Below, piece after piece: positions 1-7,992 of a DNA stretch of 44,159 nucleotides. How positions within the stretch are numbered: the first letter of the stretch is position 1; each line of letters starts with the position of its first letter. The stretch covers positions 1 to 44,159 of IMG/VR virus record IMGVR_UViG_3300005286_000518. One strand, written 5' to 3'. The DNA is from a virus (lineage: Duplodnaviria > Caudoviricetes). The translations under genes were made by a program, and so were the position numbers. The notes under the pieces are model-generated. The model saw only the letters and a program-made list of their open reading frames with translations, did no database searches and was not told where the DNA came from.

Positions 1-1005
1 ATGGCGATAGGTCCCTACTCCCCAACCTGGGAAGAAGCCCTCAAAGACTTCCTCCTCCATATCAAAGCCACGAAAGCCCCCAAGACGCTGCGCTTCTACG
101 ACGTGCAGCTGCGGCAACTGATCCGCTGGACCGGGCGAGAGAGCGTCGACTTTACGTCCTTCGGCAAGCGGCACCTCGACCGCTATTTGGCGGAGCGGGC
201 GGAGTCGGTCTCGCGCAACACCCTGCGCCATGACGCGATTGCCGCCAAGAGCTTCTTCAAGTGGTGCGCCAAGAATGATCTTCTTTTGAGGAATCCCTTA
301 GCGGAGTACGAGGTGCACAACGCGCCCCGTCCTGCTATGTACATGCCGACCCTGGAGGACATGCAGGCCCTGCTTACCGCGCTGGGTGATTACTGGAACC
401 CGGAGAAGAACCCCGGCATGAAAAATATCCCCCGCGCCCGCAGGCTCGTGCATAGAGAGCGAAACTACGCCCTGCTGCTGCTCCTCTTGGATAGCGCCTG
501 CCGGATCGGGGAGGTGCTGAACCTGAAGCTGGAGGACTACCGGCCCAAAGCCTTTGAGATCACGGTGCGGGAGAGCAAGGGGAAAGAGCCGCGCACCGTG
601 CCGATCAGTGCGGGAACGGTGGAGGCTATTTCTTCCTGGCTGAAGACGCGCGAGCGATTGATGAGCGGGGCCGCCCCGGAAGAAGATGAGGGCTGGTTGT
701 TCCTCTCGGAGTACGGGACCCAGATGGACTCGGGCCGATTTTTGAAGGCGATCAAGGCGGTGCTGCGCTTCGCCGGACTCTCCGAGAACATCACCCTGCA
801 CTCTCTCAGACGGCACAGCATCAATAAGCTATCCAAGATCAACGTGCTCGGCGCGCAACATATCGCGGGCCACAAGGACACCAAGACCACGCTGCTCTAC
901 ACCAAGCTCGATCCCGGCCATTTGCGGGAGACCCACGATCAGGCGGGCGTGGTGGACGCGGTGCTCTCCAACAGGAGGGTAGCCAAGCGCAAGCGCCTCA
1001 CCTGA
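1..1005 (+). CDS. int: Tyrosine recombinase/integrase
   Basis: Catalytic motifs ACRIGE (R), ESKG (K), HSLRR (HxxR), IAGH and LLYT (Y); N-terminal core-binding-like domain. Confidence 0.95.
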   Translation: MAIGPYSPTWEEALKDFLLHIKATKAPKTLRFYDVQLRQLIRWTGRESVDFTSFGKRHLDRYLAERAESVSRNTLRHDAIAAKSFFKWCAKNDLLLRNPLAEYEVHNAPRPAMYMPTLEDMQALLTALGDYWNPEKNPGMKNIPRARRLVHRERNYALLLLLLDSACRIGEVLNLKLEDYRPKAFEITVRESKGKEPRTVPISAGTVEAISSWLKTRERLMSGAAPEEDEGWLFLSEYGTQMDSGRFLKAIKAVLRFAGLSENITLHSLRRHSINKLSKINVLGAQHIAGHKDTKTTLLYTKLDPGHLRETHDQAGVVDAVLSNRRVAKRKRLT

Positions 1006-1034
1006 TTGACAACGGGTAGCTTGTTTGCTATACT
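1006..1034 (+). promoter_or_regulatory. Sigma70-type promoter
   Basis: TTGACA (1006-1011), 17-nt spacer, TGc-TATACT (1029-1034). Confidence 0.8.
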
Positions 1035-1085
1035 CGCTTAATTTCCTAATGACGGGAAACCCCTTACAAGCCCCAAGAAGACACG

Positions 1086-1223
1086 ATGAAACAAAAGTTG
1101 ATACAAATACTGCTCAAGCAGCTCCAAGCCACTCCAGCGCCCGTAGAAGCAGAATTAGACCCCTTGCCGCGCAAGGGACAGACCGCCCTCTACATCATGG
1201 GCAAGTTCGAGAAGTGGGTGTAG
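1086..1223 (+). CDS. 45-aa hypothetical protein (MKQKLIQILLKQLQ...GKFEKWV)
   Basis: Manually translated ORF between the near-consensus promoter and a terminator; below the ORF-track cutoff. Confidence 0.55.
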   Translation: MKQKLIQILLKQLQATPAPVEAELDPLPRKGQTALYIMGKFEKWV

Positions 1224-1285
1224 ACAGTCCCTAATGCCAGTGTTACACTCGGGATGCAATCTCGACCATTGCTTACTGATGTTTG

Positions 1286-1325
1286 CTAACAACCTCGCTC
1301 CCCACGGGCGGGGTTGTTGGTTTTT
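1286..1325 (+). terminator. Intrinsic terminator
   Basis: Stem AACAACCTCGCTC/GGGCGGGGTTGTT with G-U pairs followed by TTTTT. Confidence 0.6.
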
Positions 1326-1385
1326 CTGGGTCCGCAAACTGGCGGTATAGTGACTGGGAGTGTTTTTACCCTGAGAGAGCCTGCC

Positions 1386-2390
1386 TTGAAGAGCGAAGAA
1401 ACGACCCACCCGAGCAGCAACGGACACAGTGGCGAACAGTTAGTTCTGCTGGAAACGCCTGCCCTCTACACCGTGACGCCGACTCTGCCCGCCTCCCCGC
1501 GGGGCGGAAGCGTGCGCATCCTGCGCAGCGAAGAAGCCGCGCCCTGTGTGCAGAAAATGATCGCCGATCCGTCCGCCGCCTCCTGCGTTATTACGGGCGA
1601 CAGCCGCAAGGTCTTATCCGCCCTGCCGGAGGGAATCTTTCAGACCTGTGTTACTTCTCCGCCGTACTGGTCCCTGCGGAACTACAACATCGAGGGACAG
1701 ATCGGCCTGGAGCCCTCCCTGGACGATTACATCCGTGATCTGGTGATCGTATTTGAGCAGGTGCGGCGCACGCTCCGTGACGACGGCACCCTCTGGCTGA
1801 ACATCGGCGATTCCTACACGTCGGGTGGACGGAACTGGCGCGCGCCCGACAAGAAAAACCCAGGCCGTGCGATGGGCATGGGCAAGGGAATGCGTCCCCC
1901 GACTCCCGACGGACTGAAACCCAAGGACTTGATCGGTGTTCCCTGGCGTCTCGCCTTCGCGCTTCAGGAGGCGGGGTGGTACCTGCGCGCGGACATCGTC
2001 TGGAATAAGCCGAACTGTCAGCCGGAGAGCGTCAAGGATCGACCCACCCGTTCCCACGAGAGTATCTTTCTGTTTTCCAAGAACGAGAAGTACTACTACG
2101 ACCCTCAAGGCATCCGCGGCCCGAACGACCGCAACATGCGTACGGTCTGGGACATCAACACCCAAGCCAATAAAGACGCGCACTTTGCCACGTTCCCCAC
2201 CGCCGTCGTGGAACCGTGTTTGGCGCTGGGCAGTAAGCCCGGCGATATCATCCTCGATCCCTTTCTCGGATCGGGTACTACAGGAGACGTTGCGTTAACC
2301 ATGAATCGACGATTTGTCGGGGTCGAGCTGAACCCCGAATACGTGGAGATCGCCCAGAAGCGGCTGAACGGTGCGGTCGTGCATGAATAA
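1386..2390 (+). CDS. Beta-class DNA methyltransferase, probably N4-cytosine (M.XcyI/M.XmaI/M.Cfr9I-like)
   Basis: Motif IV TSPPYW precedes motif I DPFLGSGTTG; start uncertain (frame open from 1314, which overlaps a terminator). Confidence 0.9.
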   Translation: MKSEETTHPSSNGHSGEQLVLLETPALYTVTPTLPASPRGGSVRILRSEEAAPCVQKMIADPSAASCVITGDSRKVLSALPEGIFQTCVTSPPYWSLRNYNIEGQIGLEPSLDDYIRDLVIVFEQVRRTLRDDGTLWLNIGDSYTSGGRNWRAPDKKNPGRAMGMGKGMRPPTPDGLKPKDLIGVPWRLAFALQEAGWYLRADIVWNKPNCQPESVKDRPTRSHESIFLFSKNEKYYYDPQGIRGPNDRNMRTVWDINTQANKDAHFATFPTAVVEPCLALGSKPGDIILDPFLGSGTTGDVALTMNRRFVGVELNPEYVEIAQKRLNGAVVHE

Positions 2391-3372
2391 ACCTGCCCGC
2401 GCAGCACGCGCGATGACCGCTCCGAGCGCCGACCGGCAAGTTACTTTCCACACCCTTCTGGTGGCGGCGCGCAATCAATGGCTCATGGACGCGATGAGCG
2501 AAGCGCTGAAAAACGTAGAGCCGGCGACCCTGAAGGCAGAGATCGTTCGCCTCGTCCCGGCGGACGTGCAGAAGATTCTGGCGGGCGCGGGCGTGCGGGA
2601 TGAACATGTCTTTCCCACGCCCAGCGTCCTGCGGGCCGCCCCGTCGCTCGTCGGGTACTACCGTCTGCTCCTGGGTTCTCCCCAGAAGACGTTCTACGGC
2701 ACGGGAACGGGTATGGGGCAGGTGAAGAGCATGGAAACGAGCGGGACGATCAATGCGGCCCAGGAAGGGCTGCTGGAGGCGTTCTGCGAGGCCATGTGCG
2801 CTTCCCTGGCGGAGCTGGTTCGCAAGGTGTCGCCGACTATCACCGACCAGGACGTGCGCGAACTGCCGCTGCTGACACTCGGTTCCCAGTTCCAGGGTGG
2901 CAACAACAACACCATCGGAAAAGCGATCACCGATGGAGTGTTCAAGGCCATTGCCGCGGCCCTCGATGGATACGTGATCGAGCAGACCGCCAAGACGTTG
3001 GAGGTTCAGAACGACGCGGGTGAGGTGTTTGTCGTGACCCTCGCCAGCGATCCCGACGTGACGATCCAGAAGCGGACCGACAAGGACACGGAGAATCTGG
3101 TCGCCATCGAGATCAAAGGGGGGACGGACGACAGTAACGCCCACAACAGGGCAGGTGAAGCCGAGAAGTCGCACATCAAAGCGAAGAAGGACAAGGGATA
3201 CGGCGACTGCTGGACGCTCTTTCAGGTTCGGGAGCTCGATCAGGATACGCTGGCCGGGGAATCTCCAACGACGGATGCCTGGTTTGATGTGTCGGAGGTG
3301 GTCGCTCAGGAAGGTGACGCCTGGGACGAGTTCTGCGAAGAAATCAAGTCGATTATGGGCATTGACGACTGA
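2383..3372 (+). CDS. Type II restriction endonuclease, XcyI family (predicted CCCGGG)
   Basis: Overlaps the MTase end; PD-(D/E)XK motif DPDV...IEIKGG, plus HNRAGEAEKSH and YYRLLLG segments I recognise from the XcyI family. Confidence 0.82.
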   Translation: MNKPARAARAMTAPSADRQVTFHTLLVAARNQWLMDAMSEALKNVEPATLKAEIVRLVPADVQKILAGAGVRDEHVFPTPSVLRAAPSLVGYYRLLLGSPQKTFYGTGTGMGQVKSMETSGTINAAQEGLLEAFCEAMCASLAELVRKVSPTITDQDVRELPLLTLGSQFQGGNNNTIGKAITDGVFKAIAAALDGYVIEQTAKTLEVQNDAGEVFVVTLASDPDVTIQKRTDKDTENLVAIEIKGGTDDSNAHNRAGEAEKSHIKAKKDKGYGDCWTLFQVRELDQDTLAGESPTTDAWFDVSEVVAQEGDAWDEFCEEIKSIMGIDD

Positions 3373-3414
3373 CCCCTTTCCTGGCATACCGGACCTGTGA
3401 TCTCCTATTTCTCT

Positions 3415-3446
3415 GGCGTACTCTCTGTGAGTGCGCCTTCTTTTTT
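3415..3446 (+). terminator. Intrinsic terminator after the RM operon
   Basis: GGCGTACTC/GAGTGCGCC stem followed by TTCTTTTTT. Confidence 0.7.
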
Positions 3447-3564
3447 GTGATCAGGCGTACAGACCCTATTCTCACACTTGGTAGGCTGGATGCTGTAGGG
3501 CGGGGTTGAGAAGACATACATGCTGATCCCGGAAAGTCCAAGCACCTCAAGGATCACAAAGAAA

Positions 3565-3593
3565 AGCACTCAGTAGGGAGAGTGCTCTTTTTT
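3565..3593 (+). terminator. Intrinsic terminator
   Basis: AGCACTC/GAGTGCT stem followed by CTTTTTT. Confidence 0.6.
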
Positions 3594-3666
3594 GTTGCGC
3601 GTACAGTATTGACACGGAGGGCTTGGCGGGCGTGTACTAGGACCATCTCGCAATTAATGACCAACG

Positions 3667-3951
3667 ATGACTATCGTCGTGACTGACGGAGAACCCGTCG
3701 ATTTAGATGGCCGTGAGTACGTGCCCATCCGTTTTACTTCCTCCATCCCGAAAGAGACCTTTCGGGAGCTTGCGCGTGTCGTGCTGCACGGCAACGAGTG
3801 TATCTTCTCCCAGCCCCTGAAGCGCTGGTTTTGTCCGCTGGACGGCTTTCACCTGATGGCCGCCCAGACCGAAACCTTCCTCTCGGAGTACGACGTGGAA
3901 GATCCCGGCGACAAGCTGGCCCGCCTCTACGCCAAGCCCACAAAGAAATAG
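3667..3951 (+). CDS. Hypothetical protein
   Basis: 94-aa ATG ORF downstream of a TTGACA box at 3609; first gene of the replication operon. Confidence 0.7.
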   Translation: MTIVVTDGEPVDLDGREYVPIRFTSSIPKETFRELARVVLHGNECIFSQPLKRWFCPLDGFHLMAAQTETFLSEYDVEDPGDKLARLYAKPTKK

Positions 3952-3959
3952 GGGGCGAT

Positions 3960-4754
3960 ATGCGACGAATGATGAACTCCAAGATCCTCGATCTTGATTT
4001 TTTCCTGGACATGCCCGCAACCGCCCGGCTGCTCTACTACGACCTCTTAGCGCGTGCCGATGACGACGGCTTTATTACGCCGCAGCGCGTCATCCGCATG
4101 ACCGGCGCCAGTCAGGATGATCTACGCGTGCTGCACGGCAAAGGATTTGTGCACGTGTGGGACGACGGCGTACTCGTCATCCTGCATTGGCGCGAACACA
4201 ACCACGTAAAAAATGATCGCTACGTTCCGAGCGATTTTCACGCGCGCCTTCGCGATGTTAAAGGGAAATACGCTCTGGGAGCCCGCGAGACTGGATCCAA
4301 ATCGGTTCCAGAACGGATCCAGTCCGGATCCAAAATGGTTCCGCAGGATAGGATAGGAAAGGGAAGGGAAGGAGAGGTGAGTATAGAGAATATTTCCCCC
4401 CTTACCCCCCAGGCGGAAAAGCCCAAGAAAGCCAAGGAGCTGACCTTCAGTCCGGAGACCCAGCGCCTCTGGGACGCTTTCGAGGAAGCCCTCTGTCCGA
4501 TCACCACCCGGCACAAGGGCTTTGAGCGCAATGAGCTGGTGGCGTTAGTTCGCGAGTGCGGTGGCACGGAGAACTACGCCAAGCTCTTGCGTATCGCCCA
4601 GGCCGCGCACAGTGACCGCTTTGCCCCCAAGCACCTCAAAGTCTCCCGACCCTCCCAACTGCGGGAGAACCGGGGCGCACTCATCGTTTGGGCCAAGGGT
4701 AAGACCGCCCAGCACCAGAGCGAGCAGCAGGAGAGCGAAACGATCCGCATATGA
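3960..4754 (+). CDS. Phage replication initiator / replisome organizer
   Basis: N-terminus RRMMNSKILDLDFFLDMPATARLLYYDL..ADDDGF typical of phage replisome organizers; iterons in the central linker; start taken at ATG 3960. Confidence 0.85.
   Translation: MRRMMNSKILDLDFFLDMPATARLLYYDLLARADDDGFITPQRVIRMTGASQDDLRVLHGKGFVHVWDDGVLVILHWREHNHVKNDRYVPSDFHARLRDVKGKYALGARETGSKSVPERIQSGSKMVPQDRIGKGREGEVSIENISPLTPQAEKPKKAKELTFSPETQRLWDAFEEALCPITTRHKGFERNELVALVRECGGTENYAKLLRIAQAAHSDRFAPKHLKVSRPSQLRENRGALIVWAKGKTAQHQSEQQESETIRI
4291..4380. repeat. Probable replication origin: five 11-bp iterons plus a purine tract
   Basis: CTGGATCCAAA, TCGGTTCCAGA, ACGGATCCAGT, CCGGATCCAAA, ATGGTTCCGCA in tandem (4291-4345), then GGATAGGATAGGAAAGGGAAGGGAAGGAGAGG. 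Confidence 0.75.
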
Positions 4755-5071
4755 GCGCCACCCACCTCGTCATCCTCAAGGACAAGACCGAGTACCGGGT
4801 GAGCGAAAGCCAAGCGGCGAACGTCGCCCGCGCGGTGGAAGCCCGGCGTAGCTTTTATCTCAAGGACGACTACCTCTCCTGGACCCAGATTGAGAGCATC
4901 CGCCGCATCAGTGGTTCCGACCTACGCCTCACCGCTCCCCCCACCTGCGGCCGCTGTGAAAATGGCTGGCTGTTCTCCAAGAACGGCGCCTACCCCTGCA
5001 GCTGCAACCGCACCGGCAAAGAGGCGATGCTGGAGTACCGCCACTACCTGGACTCCAACGCCCCGCATTAG
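4751..5071 (+). CDS. Hypothetical protein with C-terminal CxxC..CxC zinc-binding motif
   Basis: ATGA overlap with the initiator gene; CGRC and CSC motifs. Confidence 0.75.
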   Translation: MSATHLVILKDKTEYRVSESQAANVARAVEARRSFYLKDDYLSWTQIESIRRISGSDLRLTAPPTCGRCENGWLFSKNGAYPCSCNRTGKEAMLEYRHYLDSNAPH

Positions 5072-5073
5072 TA

Positions 5074-5102
5074 TTGACTCCGCCCCTACATCCGCGTATC
5101 GT
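5074..5102 (+). promoter_or_regulatory. Putative sigma70-type promoter
   Basis: TTGACT, 17-nt spacer, TATCGT in an intergenic gap. Confidence 0.5.
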
Positions 5103-5135
5103 CGGCGTATACACCAAGTAAACTAACGACCGACC

Positions 5136-5339
5136 ATGGACCAAACCAACATGCGGATCGACCGGGAAGAGGCCAGAAGCGTTTCCCAGGCCCTCCGCTT
5201 CTACGAGAGCTGGTTACGCGAAAAGGGCATCAACCGACTTGACCCGGCCGCCATCCACTTCCTCTACCGACTTGACCGCCTGATCCAGAGCCGGGGCTGG
5301 GACGCTGATCGCTCCCAGAACCAGGAAGGGGTGCAGTGA
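5136..5339 (+). CDS. Hypothetical protein
   Basis: 67-aa ORF after the promoter, TAAC/C-rich start context. Confidence 0.65.
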   Translation: MDQTNMRIDREEARSVSQALRFYESWLREKGINRLDPAAIHFLYRLDRLIQSRGWDADRSQNQEGVQ

Positions 5340-5367
5340 GTGAGAGCGTCGACTACCTGGAGCGGCT

Positions 5368-5538
5368 ATGACCCAGAACCAAATCGATCTCCTGTTGTTC
5401 CTGGCTTGGCTTCTCATGGGCCTCTTGGTCGGCAACGTACTGAGTGGCACTTTAAGCCTCTTTGACCCAAAGGTGCAGCTCACCGGCCTGGTTCTAGGCG
5501 CTGTCTGCCTCTACGACATTCTTAACAACCGATCATGA
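5368..5538 (+). CDS. Small membrane protein (56 aa)
   Basis: Manual translation MTQNQIDLLLFLAWLLMGLLVG...; two hydrophobic segments; ATGA overlap with the next ORF. Confidence 0.55.
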   Translation: MTQNQIDLLLFLAWLLMGLLVGNVLSGTLSLFDPKVQLTGLVLGAVCLYDILNNRS

Positions 5539-5687
5539 CCCCGGAAGAACTCAAACGCCAAGGTGCTCTGGAAGCCTTAACCCGCTTACGGCGTCACATG
5601 AACAACCAGGGAGAAGGCACCACCCTGAAACGCTGTCGGGAGTGCCTGGAATGGCTTATCAACGAATACAAGATAGGAGAGAAGTGA
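5535..5687 (+). CDS. Hypothetical protein (50 aa)
   Basis: Manual translation MTPEELKRQG...YKIGEK; 4-nt overlaps at both ends. Confidence 0.55.
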   Translation: MTPEELKRQGALEALTRLRRHMNNQGEGTTLKRCRECLEWLINEYKIGEK

Positions 5688-6049
5688 AACACTTGAGTTT
5701 AGAACAATGCAAGAAGTTAAAAGAGATTGGGTTTCCACAAGGGACGACAAACACTCTTTGGTATCACCATGAGGATGAAATAGGGGATATCAGAACTGAT
5801 TTGTACACAGATAATGAGATTGAGAATCTTTACGCTGATACGCATATTGATGCTTGGGACTGCCCCACCCTTGAAGAGCTCATTGAGTGGTTGGGAGATG
5901 ATATATGGTCACTACTGAGAAAGGAGCCTGGAAGCAGTTTCGTGGCTCATAATGCTTACGGGGCCTTGAAGGGTGAGGGAGCAACCCCCCTTGAAGCCTG
6001 TTACAACCTCGCCATTGCCGTAAAGTCCCCCGATGAGAACCCTGCTTAA
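5684..6049 (+). CDS. Hypothetical phage protein
   Basis: GTG start after GGAG; 'LSLEQCKKLKEIGFPQ...PTLEELIEWL' pattern common in small phage proteins. Confidence 0.7.
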   Translation: MKHLSLEQCKKLKEIGFPQGTTNTLWYHHEDEIGDIRTDLYTDNEIENLYADTHIDAWDCPTLEELIEWLGDDIWSLLRKEPGSSFVAHNAYGALKGEGATPLEACYNLAIAVKSPDENPA

Positions 6050-6224
6050 CCTCGCCAGCCTCTTCATCTTCCTCACCGGCCTCATCATGGGCATTTTCTT
6101 AGGGGCGAATATCCCCAAGAGTGATGACCTGCTGATTACCGGCTATGAGAAGGTGAAAGAGATGCAGCATGCCAAGTTTGTGCGGGATGTAGAAGATTAT
6201 TTGAGAGAGAAAGGAGAGAGATGA
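6033..6224 (+). CDS. Small membrane protein
   Basis: N-terminal hydrophobic helix; overlaps its neighbours. Confidence 0.6.
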   Translation: MRTLLNLASLFIFLTGLIMGIFLGANIPKSDDLLITGYEKVKEMQHAKFVRDVEDYLREKGER

Positions 6225-6571
6225 ATGAGCAAGAGCTGGACGAAAAGCTAGAGACTATCTGCTCCGAACTGGGCAGAGGGAGGGTAATGGATGAACAAAC
6301 AAGGGAGAGAATGTTCAAGTTCAGGCAGGATGGAATCAGCTACCGAAAGATAGCGGAAATGTTTGGTCTGAATCATCCAAACACAGCAAGACATCATATC
6401 ATCCAGTATATGAAAGGGGTCGCAATCAGCCCCTCTAATAGAGGACTCCCCATCATTCCGATTAACAAGTTCACAAAACGTGAAATTTTGGAAGCTTTTA
6501 TCGAACTTTACGACCGTAAGAAGATGGAAAAAGATGAGCTTATAGATAACATTCTTAGAATTAAGATTTAA
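6221..6571 (+). CDS. HTH-domain protein
   Basis: QDGISYRKIAEMFGL..PNTARHH helix-turn-helix-like segment; AT-rich; flanked by 18-bp direct repeats. Confidence 0.7.
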   Translation: MNEQELDEKLETICSELGRGRVMDEQTRERMFKFRQDGISYRKIAEMFGLNHPNTARHHIIQYMKGVAISPSNRGLPIIPINKFTKREILEAFIELYDRKKMEKDELIDNILRIKI

Positions 6572-6592
6572 TATGAGAGAGAAAGGAGAGAA

Positions 6593-6865
6593 GTGACGGC
6601 AAAAGACTTTATCAAGCGTAAGTGCCTGCTTTATAACGCGCACGGTATGCACGTTCTGGCATTTGGTAGCAACGGCAAGGCTGGAAAGGTAGAGCTGCCA
6701 GACCTGTTAGACGAATATGCACATGAAAAAGTGCGAGAGGTGGGAGAAGTGATACGGGAAGCAGTGTACGAGTACGTTATGTCCGATATGGACATTGGCG
6801 CTTCAGCCACAGATGAGATTATTACTGGCATAGTCCGCAGATATACAGAGAAAGGGGAGAAGTGA
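6593..6865 (+). CDS. Hypothetical protein
   Basis: GTG start after AAAGGAG. Confidence 0.65.
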   Translation: MTAKDFIKRKCLLYNAHGMHVLAFGSNGKAGKVELPDLLDEYAHEKVREVGEVIREAVYEYVMSDMDIGASATDEIITGIVRRYTEKGEK

Positions 6866-7230
6866 AGCGGCCTCGCTATCTCACTGAGGGCGACCGCATT
6901 AAGTTCGCAGAAGAGAAACAGGCATATACGGTGCAGGCGACTTCAGATCGGTACAGCGTGTGTACTAAGCCGTTCAATCCCAAGAAGACCGTGTTGTACA
7001 GCATCGTAGATTGGGAAGAGCAGGTGCGCGGAACTGAGAACGTCATTTTTTGCAATGGAGCAGAAACCCAGGAGCAGTGCTTTCAAATGCTGGTGCGGCT
7101 GCTGGAGGGGCATTCTGAGGTGAGCTATCGGAACCGGATACCACTGGTCGTGGACTGGGTGAGAAACGCGCTCGGTGAAGATGTGCTCGCGGCAGAAGAA
7201 CAAATAGCAGCCATCCTGGACCGCCACTGA
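6862..7230 (+). CDS. Hypothetical phage protein
   Basis: GTGA overlap, 122 aa. Confidence 0.7.
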   Translation: MKRPRYLTEGDRIKFAEEKQAYTVQATSDRYSVCTKPFNPKKTVLYSIVDWEEQVRGTENVIFCNGAETQEQCFQMLVRLLEGHSEVSYRNRIPLVVDWVRNALGEDVLAAEEQIAAILDRH

Positions 7231-7279
7231 CTAAGCCACCCCTTCCTGCTATGCTTCGCCCTCGAAGGAGGGTGAGCAC

Positions 7280-7897
7280 ATGGCAGACTTCCCCCGCTAC
7301 ACCACACTTTCGCAAGAAGAAAAAGCCCGCATCGTCGGCACCACTGGACCCGGCAAGAAGCCAATCCTGAAGACCCACAGTTTTCCGGTCCCCTTTCCCG
7401 ACGGCACCGAGGGTACCTGCTCCTACGAGCGCCTAGGACCCGCGTATCACCGCTTCGACTACCGCTACGCTGATGGGGCGGCCATGCCCCGCCAGTACCA
7501 CACCCGACCACTGCCTACCATTGACGACGTAGTACAGGTCGGCCTGGAATTCAGCATCCGCGTGTTCCAGGAGGCGATGGAGGTAGAGCGGCGCGATTAC
7601 TTCGCCCGCATCAGCCCACCCACGGACGGCAGTAGAGTGCCCAACCCCAACAAATTCCGCATGGAGGCGGGAAGGGCCAAGGAGATAGGCGGCAAGTACG
7701 CTTTGTGCCTCCCGTTTCCCAGCGGCAAGCGCTATGTACGGGCCAGTGATCCGGTCAGGACTTTTGAGGAAGCTGAGGAATTATGGAGAACCCGGCGTGA
7801 TGATCGGTTCGTCATTGCCTGCTGCAACCGCATGGACCGGTGCTGGGAGCTGCTGAAGTACAACCCCCTGAAGAAGGAGGGGCACCCCGTCCGTTGA
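7280..7897 (+). CDS. Hypothetical protein (moron-like)
   Basis: Own -10 (TGc-TATGCT) and strong SD GAAGGAGG; flanked by a 13-bp direct repeat. Confidence 0.75.
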   Translation: MADFPRYTTLSQEEKARIVGTTGPGKKPILKTHSFPVPFPDGTEGTCSYERLGPAYHRFDYRYADGAAMPRQYHTRPLPTIDDVVQVGLEFSIRVFQEAMEVERRDYFARISPPTDGSRVPNPNKFRMEAGRAKEIGGKYALCLPFPSGKRYVRASDPVRTFEEAEELWRTRRDDRFVIACCNRMDRCWELLKYNPLKKEGHPVR

Positions 7898-7922
7898 CGG
7901 CCGCAGTCCTTCCTGCTATGTT
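7894..7922 (+). promoter_or_regulatory. Sigma70-type promoter with no downstream ORF
   Basis: TTGACG (7894-7899), 17-nt spacer, TGc-TATGTT (7917-7922). Confidence 0.65.
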
Positions 7923-7928
7923 GTCCCT

Positions 7929-7992
7929 GTCTTGTTCATGGGTAGGTTACTCACCCATTAAAAAAGCCCCACCATCTCGGCGGGGCTTTTTT
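7929..7992 (+). ncRNA. Candidate ~64-nt trans-acting antisense sRNA
   Basis: Promoter, ATGGGT/ACCCAT hairpin, terminator; 5' end complementary to the start-codon region of the minus-strand gene at 9277. Confidence 0.5.
7960..7992. terminator. Bidirectional intrinsic terminator
   Basis: AAAAAAGCCCC...GGGGCTTTTTT between convergent transcription units. Confidence 0.85.

Noticed and set aside
2278-3387. 369-aa minus-strand ORF and other long antisense ORFs (15852..16634, 27069..28121, 43128..44090, 10615..11490)
   Set aside because: Shadow frames opposite genes with clear motifs, expected in GC-rich coding DNA
3798-3959. N-terminal extension of the replication initiator in the ORF track
   Set aside because: It overlaps the upstream gene, and the recognisable family motif begins at ATG 3960
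4291-4345. CRISPR-like array
   Set aside because: 11-bp contiguous units with no spacers and no cas genes; better explained as iterons
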